Origin: Squalus acanthias
Taxonomy: Eukaryota
NCBI GenBank assembly: GCA_030390025.1
Contig: CM059438.1
Span: 78,988,001 to 79,052,000 of the forward strand
Direction: 5' to 3'
Length of the DNA stretch: 64,000 bases
Shown here one piece after another: positions 1 through 13,729 of the stretch. The notes under the pieces are model-generated. The model did not search any database. It had not been told where the DNA came from and saw only the letters and a program-made list of their open reading frames with translations. A program made the translations under genes and the position numbers. Positions within the stretch are counted from its first letter, which is position 1. Each line of letters opens with the position of its first letter.

Positions 1-1836
1 TGAAAGGTGCAGCACAATAAATGTAAACGTGATAAATCATATATTACTGAATTTTGATCATTGAGGGGAAAATCAGGTTGGGCATACATCTGTCATTTTA
101 AGTTAAAATAGAAATCCAATTTTCAAATAACTGTGTTCTATGATCTGAATCATTATTTTGGTTAGTGCATGTAGAGTCAAGCAGTGAGGTTGAGCAGCAT
201 TAACAATTGGGGCTTGTCTGTTGGAAAATGTCACCTTATTTTGCAATGGCAGTTTAGACGCAGGGTCTTAGCCTGCAGTGTAACTGTGTGGGGAGACCTC
301 ATCACTCTAGTTGTTGTTCCTGTTCTGTTTCTCCCACCCACCAGGGAAAAAATACTTGCAAATTTTTGTTTTGTGTTTTGCTGAGCCTCATTAGCCGCTG
401 GTTGCTAATTTTGTCACATTTTACTGCTAGGATAATATAATTTGCCCAAAAAGAAATGGCCCCTATTGTATTGCCTGTGCGCATGAGTGTATTTAACATC
501 CATTTGAGAAAATTGTTTTGAATAATTGCTAATTTAATCATTTATAAATTTATTATCATATGGAATTATTAGATGTGAGGCATTAAATAAAGTACTTAAA
601 CAGCTGAATAATAAATTAATTAATTTTCCCCTTTACATTGCCATATTTACAATAAAGTGTAAATATATGAAAAAACATCATGGACACTATAACCTCCTAG
701 TTCAGTTAACTCCTCTGGTTCTGTAATTGCGTTAATTTACAAGCCAATGCTAAATTACGATGCCTTTTTAACTCACCTAGGTTATAGTTGTATGCTACAG
801 CTAGACTAGTATTATGTGGCCAACGACGTTGATCTTATTTGAAGCAGCGCAATATGAATCTGGTGCATTGTAAATTCTGAAGATGTATGCAGGTATACTG
901 AGGTGAAAAACTTGGATCTAGTTATGTATTGGAATTTCAGTAATCTGTGCTGTAGCTCCTCCTCAGCTAGCTGTCTCCCAAAAGGGTCAAAGTGTACTTG
1001 GCAACTGCTGCTGTCAAGTGATAGATTGGTAGGGTTCTAATGTATTACATTTTCATGTACGGGAGGTGATGGATAGAGCTCCTCGAGAGGGTACTGCAGT
1101 CTTGAACACGAGAGCAAAGATTCCGTACTGCTGCATTCGCCCTCTGGTGTAGTTACGAACATGTTTCCTTTGGCAGAGAATTGTGAGGGAAGGAGGAGTG
1201 ATGCCTGGAGGGGCCATTTGAATTCTGCGGCAAATTGGGCTGTGATTCTGGAGTAGCATCATATTGCAGTGGCTGTGTCTGATGCTCCGGTCTGGACTCT
1301 TCTGTGATTTAAAACATCACTAAGGAAAGCTGAGAGACTTTTTTTTTAAACGTTGTGGTTTTATTTTTTTTAATTAATCTCTGCCTTTGGCAGATAATGA
1401 TTTACGGCGTTACTGTGCTGATATTTTGTGAGAGCTAAAATTAGCTTTATTTCCACAAAAGGTTTATTGTCTTCTCTATCACGGTCTTGACTCGACTAAG
1501 CCACATGTGGGGGAGCACTGGAGATTGATGAAGCAGAAAATATATGCATATATTTACTTTCAACAGAAGAAAGACAGGTGTCATGTCCCCCTCTTTTGTC
1601 TTCAAGTCTATGACACAGCCTATTCATGCCGGCATCCGCCTTTATTTCTTAAGAAGCTGAAAGCATGGCAACTGCTGGGAATAGCTTTGTCATCTTATGG
1701 CATGTTGAGGGTGGTGACTGTTTGCTGGATTTATAGAAAAATTGCAATGCAGACAATACTGAGCAGAGTCTGTTCGTTCAGATAGTAAATAAGTGAGGCA
1801 GAAGACTGAGACACTGCGATAGCAACCGAGCCAACA

Positions 1837-2919
1837 ATGACATCTGTTTGGACTGTACAAAACAGAAGTATGAACTCTTCCTTGGAAGGAAACAATACTA
1901 GCCGACCATTCTGTCTTTTGGGATTCAGTTACTACGAAACAGTTAACATTTGTCTCCTGGAAGTAATCGTCATTGTTTTTCTCACTGTGTTAATCATTTC
2001 AGGTAACCTTATTGTTATATTGGTATTTCATTGTGCACCTCTTTTGAATCATCACACTACAAGTTATTTCATTCAGACCATGGCGTACGCTGATCTTTTT
2101 GTTGGAATCAGTTGCTTGGTTCCTTCTTTGTCCCTTCTGCACTACCCGACAGGTTCCCACGAATCTTTAACGTGCAAATTTTTTGGATATATTGTGTCCG
2201 TTTTGAAAAGCGTCTCGATGACCTCTCTGGCCTGCATCAGCGTCGATCGATACATTGCAATTACCAAGCCGCTATCTTACAATCAGCTGGTCACACCATG
2301 GAGGTTGCGTGTTTGCATTATAATAATCTGGCTGTATTCCTGCATTGTATTCCTTCCTTCTTTTTTTGGCTGGGGGAAGCCAGGCTATCATGGGGACATA
2401 TTTGAATGGTGTGCTAATTCCTGGGAAACAAACGTTTACTTTGCAGGATTTATCGTGGTTTTACTGTATGCCCCTGCCGCTTTTGTAGTCTGTTTCACCT
2501 ATTTCAACATATTCAGAATATGCCAACAGCACACTAAGGAAATCAGTGAAAGACGTGCTCGGTTTAATACACAAGAAGGGGCATCAACAGAAAATCCACC
2601 TAGTTCCGAGAAACGCTATGCTATGGTTCTGTTTCGAATCACCAGTGTGTTTTACGTCCTTTGGCTGCCGTACATCATTTACTTCCTCCTTGAAAGCTCT
2701 CACATTTATGATAGTCCAGAGGTATCTTTTCTGACCACCTGGCTTGCCATTAGCAATAGCTTCTGTAACTGTTTTATTTACAGCCTCTCCAACAGTGTCT
2801 TTCGGAAGGGCCTCAAACGCCTCTCAGGTGCTGTCTGTGCTTCGTGTATCTGGTATGTGGAAAGCAAAAACCCTTCACTACCTGGAAGTAAAAGATCTTC
2901 CAATGGCTGCAATGCTTGA
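1837..2919 (+). CDS. GPR21: Orphan class A GPCR GPR21 (single coding exon, nested in a RABGAP1 intron)
   Basis: 360-aa ORF with seven hydrophobic segments, DRY, LWLP in TM6 and proline-less NCFIY in TM7. ECL2 is [14 protein letters not shown]. The N-terminus ([32 protein letters not shown]) and C-terminus (GLKRLSGA...NGC) match GPR21 as I recall it. The host gene is RABGAP1, the known GPR21 host. Confidence 0.93.
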   Translation: MTSVWTVQNRSMNSSLEGNNTSRPFCLLGFSYYETVNICLLEVIVIVFLTVLIISGNLIVILVFHCAPLLNHHTTSYFIQTMAYADLFVGISCLVPSLSLLHYPTGSHESLTCKFFGYIVSVLKSVSMTSLACISVDRYIAITKPLSYNQLVTPWRLRVCIIIIWLYSCIVFLPSFFGWGKPGYHGDIFEWCANSWETNVYFAGFIVVLLYAPAAFVVCFTYFNIFRICQQHTKEISERRARFNTQEGASTENPPSSEKRYAMVLFRITSVFYVLWLPYIIYFLLESSHIYDSPEVSFLTTWLAISNSFCNCFIYSLSNSVFRKGLKRLSGAVCASCIWYVESKNPSLPGSKRSSNGCNA

Positions 2920-3354
2920 AAAGTATAAGACCTGACATTCTGTGGCCTGCTCATTTCATCACTTCTGCCCCAGTGTGATTTGGATTTATTGACGTGGGCT
3001 CAAGTTTTGTTGAAGAGTAATGTAGCATTGAGTAGTCCTTGAGGGCAATTTATGGGTTAATATTGCAATCCAATACATAGCCTTTTACAAGACATAGTTA
3101 ATAAAAAAAAAAAAACAATTTTTGATCTTGTGGTTAAAGAGAAATTCCCTGCTTTGTTTTCACCTGTTTATAGTAATGTATGAACTGTATTTATGATTCC
3201 TTCCAGGGAATTGAGATATTTATGGGCCAAATGTTTTAATTTCTTATTGCACTGTACAGGGAATTTTAGAAGATACTTGTTACCATTGGCAATAGAATTA
3301 TTGTACATTCTGATTTGTAATCAACTGTGAATGCAGCAACCATGTAAAACCATG

Positions 3355-3360
3355 AATAAA
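3355..3360 (+). terminator. Candidate polyadenylation signal for GPR21 (second candidate at 3100-3105)
   Basis: AATAAA about 435 nt after the GPR21 stop. The motif is common in AT-rich DNA, so support is weak. Confidence 0.3.
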
Positions 3361-5675
3361 CATCTTAACCCTAGAGAGGCTGACCCATTTTAACATAGTC
3401 CACTAAAGGACAATTTTGTATTTTGCAGTCTCCTAAAAGGTGTACATAACTTGTCCTGTTAAACATGGGTAGCACAAAAAAATCATTAAATAATACTGTG
3501 CCAAAGTACTAAGTAACTAAAATGTATGGTGAGCCATACCTTTTCAGTTTCCAATTTGATAATTCCAATTAATTAATTGGCATATGCCATAAATGGGTCA
3601 AAACTTAAGCTGTTTATTTAAAGAGTTTGACGGCTCTGTTTATGCTAGATGAAATGTGTATAGCAAAGGATTAGGTTTTCCAAGTCATGAACTTTTGAGA
3701 GAAATGTCTTCAGGCTATAATCAATTGTTTTTCCATATGGGAAACTTTTTTACTTTGATGTGAATAAAAGGAAAAAGTTCCCAGAACCTTGTTTTTCCAG
3801 AGTTTCCGGTCGTAATGGAAACAGTAGTTCAGACTTAAAAGTCAGTTAGAAAATTAAATGTTTGAAATGGAAAAAGAAAAATTTAATTTATATTTTTTTA
3901 ATAGAACTGTTTCTTGGCATAAATAATGGATTAATCTTGTTGAAAATAATTATGCAATTAAAAGTTTAGGTCAGCATAATGCACTGTAACTGAATTGTTG
4001 GTGAAGCTTTAGACTGGCATTACAATAAATGGTAAATAGACTACAAAAAAAGTTGTAACCATATTGGTAGGGAACTCTTGTGTGCTGTATAATGGGAAGA
4101 TGGAAGTATTTTATTCTTTATATCCCGCAAAAAATGATTTCATTACCTACAGAGAATTCACCTAGTCCCAGTATTTTACAAAACAATTTGAACTTTGTTG
4201 GGTCCTGTGCCCAATTGTAGCTGTACTTTTAAAGTAGTAATTACCATAATGAAATGGCTGCTGCTTCAGTGAAAATTGCTATCAGCCTTGCCTGCACCAC
4301 TGAGCTTTGTGAAATGGTTGCCATGTCGTCTTCAAAATGGCTGTATTCCCAGTCTGCTCAGATCAGAATTGTAAGTAAAATTTTGATGTTTCTGACAATC
4401 AGCCTGCTACTCTGGGTTTGTACTATAACATTTATTGACACTACTGTGCTATTTGGACCTATCTATTTATCAACCCAGTATGCAGTAAAGAAAATTTAAA
4501 CAATCAAGCCGAACAGTCAAGTGGACCAGTATACAAAATTGATGCTTCTAAAGCATGGATGTTTAATAAAAGTCAGACATCTGAATTATTGCCTCCTAGT
4601 GTTTTTTGCTTGCTTTGAAATGGAGTATATGATTATAGGTGGTTCTTATCAAAAAATATATAGGTACAAGGCACTACAAAATTTCCACAAACTTTGTTTA
4701 TCCTGGCTGTTTACTTTCTATGCATCATTGAGAAATTCTAGTATTAGTCTGTCTCAAGTTGCCCTGGATGCTTTCTCATTTACAAAGTACAACATTGGTG
4801 TGTACTTTATTTTTTTCTCTCTTTTGGCATTTGTGATGAATGATGTTATTTGACTGGTTCATATACCCCTATGTATTTAGTGTTATAGTGCAGGTGAAAA
4901 GGTTAGTCTTGTGTTAATAAAATCTATTATATGGAAAATGTATTAGTGGTTCTCAAACTGTGGAGCAATATAGGTGCAGCGCAGTGAAATGTGGGAGGGG
5001 GAAGCAAGAGAAAAGACTTGGGAGACTAGAAATTACTTCCGGAGATAATAGCAGACCATGTTTGAGTATGTACGATATTTCTGTGTCCGCTAATTTAATG
5101 GAAGTGTTAATCCATTTATTTGTAGTCTATAGTGACCACTTTGATTGAATAGGGTGAACCTGAGATCAAAACTTTATATTTAAATGTGGATGGTTACTTT
5201 TGGATTTTAAACGCAACCTTTTATCAAAAAAACTAATTATTTTAAAAAGTGAGATTATTTTGAAGGGAAACTGGGTGAATGGGCAGAGATTGCCATTTTA
5301 TCAGTTAAATATAAATGGTGTTCAGGAAAGTGAAAGGAGAGGAGAGAGCTGAGGGAAAGCAGGACTGACCAGCACTGCAGCGACAGTGCTCAAAATCCAA
5401 ATCTCAGGCAGAACCAAGGTAGGTGAATGAGGAAACTTTAACCTGAGGCTCTGAGCTGCCAACAGCAAGATAGTAAATTATTGACGAGTAATGAGTGCAT
5501 TAATGCAGGCTGGAATTTTCTCACACAACTAAATTCACAATTAGTGTTACTTTTTAACTTAATTATTTTCAAGTGCTGATAGTAAGCTTCCTGGATACCA
5601 ATTCTGCTTTGTAGTGACCGCAACCCCATTCTCTCAGCTTATGAGCTGCAGAAATACAGCGGATAGGGAGACTAA

Positions 5676-5885
5676 TCATCATAGAACTTGCAACACAGGA
5701 AACCATTCAACACATTACGCCAGTGCTGGTGCTAGCTCTTCAAATGGAGCTGTCTGTTCTAATCCTGTTTCCCTGCTCTTTTCCCCCTGTACACTTTAAT
5801 ATTCTTCCTTTTCAAATACATATCCAATTCCCTTTTAAATGATACTGTATCTGCCTCAATAGCCACATGTTTCAAAGCATTATGT
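5676..5885 (-). mobile_element. Old CR1 LINE 3' end fragment
   Basis: Similar to the CR1 3' end at 13730-13920 (atcatagaa...cacagga...ccattc; ttcaaatacatatccaattcccttttaaa). Confidence 0.6.
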
Positions 5886-7491
5886 TCATAAAAACTTTTT
5901 TATATATTTTTTATTTAAAGTTCTCCCTTCATTCTTCCAGTGATAATCCTGAGTCTAAGCCTCCTTACTGATTCACCTGCCAGTGGAAACAATCTTCACA
6001 ATTTGCCTTCTCAAAATTGTTCATAATTTTGAAACCCAAAAGGTTTTCCCTGTATTGCAATAGAAATAGGTCTCTGTTGAAATTGCCTTCTTTGCTTCCA
6101 TGTTTACTGAAGTAGATTGATTGATTTTTACTCTGTACCAAAAATATGTAATTTTGCACAGCTGATTAACTTAGGAAATATTAAATTCTTTTTTTCTCTG
6201 ATCCATTCAACCCTAGTGCTCAAACTGCTGCATAAAATAATGTTTTGCTGGGTATACCCTGTGGAAGAGTTCTGATTGGAATAGAATTTCCTTAATTGGT
6301 ACAAGCATTTTTAATAATATTTGCTACTTTTTTATTCAGTACAATACCACTTTATTTTCAGTGCCATTAGGGGACTCTTGTGTAATATGTTGCAATAACT
6401 TCTTTATCCACAGAACTTTAAGAATGTGGCAGAAATTATCACAAAATTGAACATAATCACTGGCTTTGCGTGGGTATTACTTTATGATGACTAAGATAAA
6501 AATATTTTATAGCAAGTAACTTTAATGAAAAATAGTAACTAGTGTCTTATTTTTTTTAAAACTGGAATAACTGATCCAGGTATGTATTTCCATGATTTGC
6601 TATGCTGATTGTCAATTTATTTAAATCCCATGGTTAACAACTCTGGTATTCCATTAAAACAGAGTAGTTTCTCTCGCTCTCCTCTCACTCTCACTGATGC
6701 ACTAACACGCTCTTGCACACACTTTCAACAGGAGCTGAAATTCCCCAGCTTCAAGGTCAAGTTGAAATTTCCAACTCTGAGACTGAACAGAAATTGAAGT
6801 CCATGCCCTGACAAAAAGGGCTGGCCTGGACAGGAGGAGGCTTCTTGCAGACATTTCTAACACTGACCAATTTTATGGGTTAGCTTTTTGTACCCTTTTC
6901 CCCAGAATTTTGTGTGTTTGTTAGAAGTAATATTTTAAGCTGCATAAAGCAAAATGGCAGCTGAAAGCAGTTTGCAGAGTTGAACAATTTGGTTTATTTT
7001 GTGGTAGTTGCTGGTTTTGGAAAATAAATGATTTGGGTGGTTTTGCTGTATTTTTATCACTGACTTTTGAAGTACAATATATGTACTAGTGCAACTAATA
7101 ACCACAGTTGAAATCTGCTTGAAATATTTATGCTGTTCCCGTGTCAGAATACTACATTTTGCACAAGATAGTAGGTGGTATGATGTATTGTAAATATCAG
7201 CGTTTTCTCTAACTGATGAGCATAATATTATGGCAAATATTAATGTTGAATTCCATTTTGACTTGCAGGAGTTCCCATACATTACGAAATAAAACTAGCA
7301 GTCTATTAAAATGTCCCCTCCCAACCCAATTGCATTACTCCAAGGTATGCTGAATGTTTTGACTTGTAATGGGTACTGAGTTTTGTAGAATAAACCCACT
7401 ATTGGTATGTGGCCTGAAATAATTATTAATGGGTGGGGGATTTTCAAATATTTTCCCCAAACATACAAGAAAAAACATTGAGTAAAACGAC

Positions 7492-7545
7492 ACTTAACTG
7501 AACAAAAGCACTTGCTACTTAACTGAACAAAAGCACTTGCTACTT
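7492..7545. repeat. Perfect 25-bp tandem duplication
   Basis: acttaactgaacaaaagcacttgct occurs at 7492-7516 and 7517-7541, followed by actt. Confidence 0.95.
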
Positions 7546-8324
7546 TCTGGAGAAGAGATTTTCTACAGAATCAGAAAAATACAAAATTTTTATTGACCAG
7601 TGTGTTTAAGTTAACATTGTATGGATATTTTTAAATGAAGGTAGAGAAGCATATCCCTGCAGCACAAGAAAAATAAATGTTTTATATATGACTAGCTGAG
7701 CTGGAAGAGCGGAAGTGGCGATTTTATTTGAGTCAGGGCTCCAGTGATTTTTACGATAATGAATCATAGGAAGACTGTTAAATAGCTCGGTTTTCTACAA
7801 GAATGCTGTTGAGGAATTAGCTACTGATACCCAGAAAATATATTTAAATTTCTGGGCATGTAAAAGTGAATATTTAAAATCTGACCTCTAAGTATTTATT
7901 TTGTAAAAACATGTGGTTCCTTAGATGATAAATAGCCAGCAAAATAGTTTGATTTAAGTGCATCCTTCTATTTGCAAGCCTCTTCAGACAATGCAAAATC
8001 TGGGTGCAGGAAACTTAAACAGGCCAAAAGTAAAACCTTCTGAATTGAAGATACTGCAGAAATTTACCTGTGTGCTACCCTGGTTTTTTTCATGTCATAA
8101 ACATTTTGTTGTCCTAGAAGGGGCCTGGTGATTGCAGCAGAAAGCTGCCTCTTGACCTGCTATTGAATTTGTACGACAGCAGCTGACAGTACCATTAGTG
8201 AAACCAAAGCTAATTGTAGGCAAAATAGCACCCAGGGATTTTTATTGTACAACTACTTTGTTAAAATGATGTAAGAGCAGGCAGTTTGTACAATTGTTCC
8301 ATGTTCAGGTCACATAATTAACAA

Positions 8325-8960
8325 TGGCCCATAATTTGCGCTCAGCGGCGAAGCAAAGGCGCTCGCCGCTGGCCTCAAAGAAAGCTGCCCACTTGCGATC
8401 TCTGTGGCGAGAAGTTTGCATTTCTTGACGTGTAATGAAAAGCAGCTTTTATCCATACTTTTTAAAAATGTTACAGAGCAAAATAAAGATTGGGACTTTC
8501 ATATAGGGATAAGGTAGAAGCTGAAATATCGTTAACTTTTTTTTAAAAAAAAATTATTTTAAAGTTTAAAAAGAAATTGTAATTTTTATCATAATGGAGT
8601 AATTTGACACTCCACAAATATAAAAATTAGTTTTTCAGGGCCAGAACGGTTGTTCAACAGTCAGTATGCTGTTAAAACCCCAGTTACACTTATTCCAACA
8701 AGGCTTAACATTTAGTGGGGTATTTAACAGCGATATTAGTGCGGATAAGCCCAAGTTTTCATCAGTTTCACTGATTGCTGGCTATGGGAGCGGGTCCACA
8801 GCACAGCCTGTGTCAGAGCAGTGAATGACTGACCTCAACTTCAGGATTTCCACGTTTAGATGCGCGTGCACTAAATCCTGAAGTTACGGTCAGTTTCAGA
8901 GGGGCAATAACGGCGAATACTGACAGTTTGCCGTCATTACCCATTGCAAAATCCGTACCA
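8325..8960. mobile_element. MITE-like non-autonomous DNA transposon, copy 1
   Basis: Collinear with 21776-22503 (shared ggcctcaaagaaagctgccc, gctgttaaaa..cccagttacactt, ctaaatcctgaagtt.cggtcagtttcagaggg). Degenerate terminal inverted repeats tggcccataatttgc / gcaaaatccgtacca. Confidence 0.75.
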
Positions 8961-11900
8961 TTGTAATACGCTGCAATAATAAGCACTTGCAGTTCGCAGT
9001 CATGTTGGTTCAGGGAGGAAAAAAAAGCAGTTTGCAAGGCTACTTGAAATTTTTTATGCCTTCCGCAAATATGCTTTTAAGAACTTCGAAGATTTGATAA
9101 AGTAATTACAGATAAATATACAAAGCCACTGAGTATTTTTAATTCATAAATTTCTGAAACAAATGACTCAAAAATGGTACAACAGTTGTGTGGCTAAGGT
9201 TTGATGGTGCAAAAAGTGAAACTAGCCCTGTGAGAGTTAATGTTATTCAGATAGTTTGTTCACTCAGCTACTGTTCTATTGATCCATTTTGTAATCAAAA
9301 TAGCACTAAAGGGTTGTGCATTTGATCATGCTGTTGAATTTAATAGTGCTTTGGAGCACTTAACCAATTAAGAGATTCAGTCATTTTCTAGCATGCCGTT
9401 AGCATGCTTAATTTACTACATTATTGCTCGTCAATTTAAATACAGGTACTTGCAGTAATAGACGTAGGTGGACACTGATGCTACAGTTGTACTGCAGATA
9501 CTAATGGTACCTACTTTGAGAGCACAGGTCTGCAAATTGGCGTCCCAATGCTCGTGACATTTTTAGTGCGAGAAAAGAGATGATTGGAAAGTCGGCACAT
9601 TTCTAACAAACTTGAAAAGTGGTCAGCAAACCACTTGTACACTTTTTATACTTTACAATTAAAGTTTAAAAGGTTGATTTTTCTACTGGTTGAGTTATAC
9701 TGGTGGTGTTCTTGCGCCAATTCTGAAAAGCGATTTGACCTAACGCAAACTATAGTTAAACTACTAATTCTGTAGTAGTACAGTGCAGAAATCTGAATCT
9801 TTGCAATCTCTGCAGTATAGTTGATACATGGGTGTAAGGGTTATGGTGCAATATCTGTCGTTAGATTGTGACTTTGGATGTCGTTCATATCATTTACTCT
9901 TGATAAATGTATCACAGAAAAAAGGCTTTTAGAATTTTTCTATATTAAGTACGTATGGTTTAAGTACATTGGATGAGATCCTCTGAAACCACGGTATTAC
10001 CTGCAACAGTGTACAGTACCAACGTCCTCAACAATTTTTCACTGCCATATTGAATATTTTAAATTGCTAGTTTATATTATGATAGTGCTGTTTTTGGTGC
10101 CTTTTGTGAATAATCTGGAATATTTTAGCCTTTTTTTCCTAATTTTCATTGTCTGGACAAGTTGGTTCTTTTTGGAACTTGCATTTAGTTACTTGTTATC
10201 AGCTGTGGCCAAGACTAAGATTCGCTGGCTGACCCACTAATTCATACAACCGATCATAAAGCACATTAGCACAAGCCTTTTTAACATGGCGTGAGGGCAC
10301 ATTTTCATCATGTGAACTAAAGCATCTATAATTAAAGAGGAAGGGCTTACTTATATGTAGAGTTTTAACTCAAACTTAATTTTTTTTTACCCAATCAAAT
10401 TGCAATTTCTTTTGCAGCCAACATTTGATAAATATAGTGTAGCTGATAGGTATTGTGTATTAGTAGATTCATCTAAATGGCTGGCTAATGGGACCCAAGT
10501 TCTCTTTTAGGTCACACTTTCTAAGAATGTTTCATTAACAATAGTAGCCAGTGCATGCCAGGTTCTCATTCTAGCAATTAGATGTCTGAATTTGTGTATT
10601 CTAGGCAACTTGAAGGTGATTGCAGAACAGCTCCATTGTCTGATGTGTAATTTATTCTCTGTTTCCTATTCTTGCATAGTGTGTTTCAAAATGACAACTT
10701 TGTCGTAGAACTAATTCTTATTAACTTGTCCTGTGGTAATATCATAAATGACTTGCGAGTTTGAGCACTGTCATTAGTACTGCAGCTGGACAAATGCTGG
10801 CATCACAGTGTGCTTGGGGCTATCACCAAGCTTTTGCCATTTCTTTCATACTTGCATTTTGTAAAGTACAACAGAACAGTAATGCCTTAAAAGGAAATTT
10901 GATTGTGAAAGGGCTAAATGCCTCGAGGGGCTGTCACTCAACATTTGTGGAACTGCACATAAATTACTTGGCCTTTTTAGATTTTACAACGACTTTCCCT
11001 TGTAGGTTGTTGGGGGCCTTTTATGTGTTTGCTTATGTAGACTGGATAATTCGAAAACATTGCTAGCCTGAGATTTATAAATGATCTTTTTGAGCATGAT
11101 GCTTAAGGTAGCGCATAAACCTATCCACCTTAATCAGTTTGGTGAATACCAAATATGTGTTTATAAATAACATAGAAAAATGTATCAATAAAAAAATTGT
11201 GATTTTTAGATACTGTTGTGTCTGTACAAATGTAAAGCTGCTATTTTATACACTATTGGACCAACATAATATACCTACCAAGACATGTAATATGGTTACT
11301 TCAAAAATGTTCAATAATTTCAAAACTAGATTACATAGATAACAGTATTTACAGAAATAGTGTATGAACTGCAAAGTTTTAAGTCCGAGAATATTAATAA
11401 CCTATCCGTTTCAGATTAAACATTTTTCTAGTTTTGTAAAGCACTGGTTCTCTAAACTGCTTGGGCCTGTTTTACCATCTCAAACATTTTTGGGGCCTAG
11501 CTCCACTAAATAATAGACTCTTGCACTTCACTAGCTATGGATGCTGGTACATTGTGGTAATTCTCAACTTTTCATTTTTTTAATTATTTTTTATCTCACA
11601 TTCTTGCTTTACCTTCTCTTTCTCTTCCTTGCTCCCTTTATCCTCCTCACGCTCTTGTTCCTCCCTTTCTATTTCTTTTTCCTTACTACTTTTCAATTTC
11701 TCTCTTTCTCCTCTCTTCTGCTTTCAATTTACGCCGCCTGTTTGCTACAAACATCCCCCCCCGCCCCCACTCTTTTCAGTATTCATGCTGCTCGTTGAGA
11801 CTGCATCAGTTTGGGAGAATTGGGGGAAAGCAAGAACAGGGCAAGAGTGGAGGCCCTCCCTGTGTCCTATCTGGACAGGCTAAGCGCCCCACAGTTTTCC

Positions 11901-12472
11901 GAACTATTGCTGGACTGTATATTTTGGGATGCATGAATTGGTTCTGCCAAAGAAATTAAGTTTAGAAAAATCGTATATTCTTATAAAATAGTTGGTTTGG
12001 GATTCGAGGTCCCAAGACATTGTGGCTTCTGCTGTCCCAATTTTGTGTTTGCTGGATTTCTGTATGTGATCTCACTTGATAGAGGCTTTACAAATTGTAC
12101 TGACTTTATCTTGTGATATTTGCTAGTGCTACAGCTTGTGTATTTTGTACTTGCATAAATGGAAAGTCTGCAAGAGGAGGCTTTGAGTATTGATTTGTTT
12201 CCTCTCTTGCTAAGGAGAAATTAGTGATTTGTGAAGTGCAGAGCCACTTGATTTTGTTTCTGAGATAAACTTGTATGGATATATTGCCCTTAATTACAAA
12301 CATTTGTTATTTATTATGACAACAATTGTAATTTGTCAAAACTATATTCTGCACTGAAGTGTTAATAAAATAATTATTTAAAATTTATTGATTCTCTTTA
12401 CTTTTGGTGAATTTTGTGCTCATTGATGTGAGTAATTACTATTGGGGAATGGTACATTATAATCCACATCTT

Positions 12473-12615
12473 ACATAGGATATACAGCACAGAAACAGGC
12501 CATTTGGCCCAACCAGCCTATGCCGGTGTTTATGCTACACTTGAGCCTCCTTCCGTCTTTCCTCATCTAACCCTATCGACATAACCCTCTATTCCCTTCT
12601 CCCTCATATGCTTAA
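12473..12615 (-). mobile_element. CR1 LINE 3' tail fragment
   Basis: Near-identical to 54357-54515 (cacagaaacaggccatttgg.ccaac.ag.ctatgccggtgtttatgct). Confidence 0.7.
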
Positions 12616-12769
12616 CTTGTATGTGGAGTCCATAGTGAGCATTTAATGTTTCGATGCATGGAAAGCTTCCTCTGCTTCAATAGTGCCCCTTAATCCAGTT
12701 CTAAAAGGACAGCATCAATTGTACCAGCCACATTTCCATTTTCCATACTAGTTAAATTTATTTCACTGG

Positions 12770-13200
12770 AGACTCTTATGGCTAGAGATTTAGAATTGAT
12801 TTTGATAAAATCTGCCAGGTTCCAGTAGACTATTGCCACAAAGATATTGAGGAGGATGAGGTGGGATAGCATATCATGGTCTTGGTCACGAAGTATGTGA
12901 CTGGCGACTTTGAACGAGGTAGTCTTTGTGCTCTGGCCAAAACTGGACTGGAAGTTTCAAACTAGGAATGACGGGACGAGTAAGAATGAATTTGGACGGT
13001 GACAACACATTTAAAGGTCTGGTGGTAGTTGTAGAGGATAGAGGAGCCTAGGTTGGGCTTTTTGAGAAGGGAGTTGATGGCAGTTTTGAAAATAGCGGAT
13101 TAGAACTTCAAGAGCCATTGGTGATGTTAGCGAGCATTGGACCAAGGAAAGGTGGTTGAGCTGGGAGGGCGTGGAGCGCACGGGAAGTGGATCATTGATT
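12770..13200 (-). mobile_element. Highly decayed L2 LINE RT fragment
   Basis: Patchy similarity to the L2 RT region at 17500-18010 (ggtgacaacac.tt.aagg, ttttttgagaagggag.tgatg). Confidence 0.55.
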
Positions 13201-13729
13201 TAATTTATTCAGTTTCCACGGCTGGGTTTGGAGGCCGGTCTATGTTTGAGTTATTTATTGTAATCTCTTCTACATTTTTAGCATTTTGTTTTCGTTATTG
13301 TTTATTCAGATTTTGAGGTTAGAAAGCATCACTTCAGTTTATTTTCATTTTCTTCAGCTGTACACTAAGTATTGCAGCTACAATGTAAAAATGATAGTGG
13401 AAGAGCTTGTGCTGAATAATATATATTCTTGAGATTGGAATGTCCAATTATATTGAAGAAAATGTTAAAATCAATTCTAGTTAAATGCTTATGAATAGGT
13501 CTCAGATATCACTATCGATCTCTTAGTTTTTCTTGGGATTTCCGTAACACACTAATTCAGTTTGAAGCGAATTGTAAAACAAGTTTAAGCAAACTTCATG
13601 GAAAATTGAGGGCATTTAGGTGTTTCACCTTTAGTGCTTCTGTTCAGATTGTGGGAGACTTGTCTGTGTGGCAGCTCCCTTTGTTTACACTGGTAAAACT
13701 GGTTTACATCCTATGGCAGACCCACATTA

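Noticed and set aside
1507-1785. 92-aa ORF upstream of GPR21
   Set aside because: It starts at GTG with no recognisable domain. At most it is a uORF if the 5' UTR extends this far, which I cannot tell.
1837-2919. Calling the GPCR GPR52 and the host RABGAP1L
   Set aside because: Receptor termini and host exons (ESPQDSA, ISQKKLKK, RRELDKAESEIKK) match GPR21 and RABGAP1 as I recall them.
3100-3115. AATAAA plus A-run read as the poly(A) tail of a recent GPR21 retrocopy
   Set aside because: The signal merges with the A-run without spacing, there is no TSD, and the nested intronless gene is ancient. A simple homopolymer is more likely.
11541-11883. Hydrophobic ORFs resembling membrane proteins
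   Set aside because: They are translations of a pyrimidine-rich low-complexity tract.
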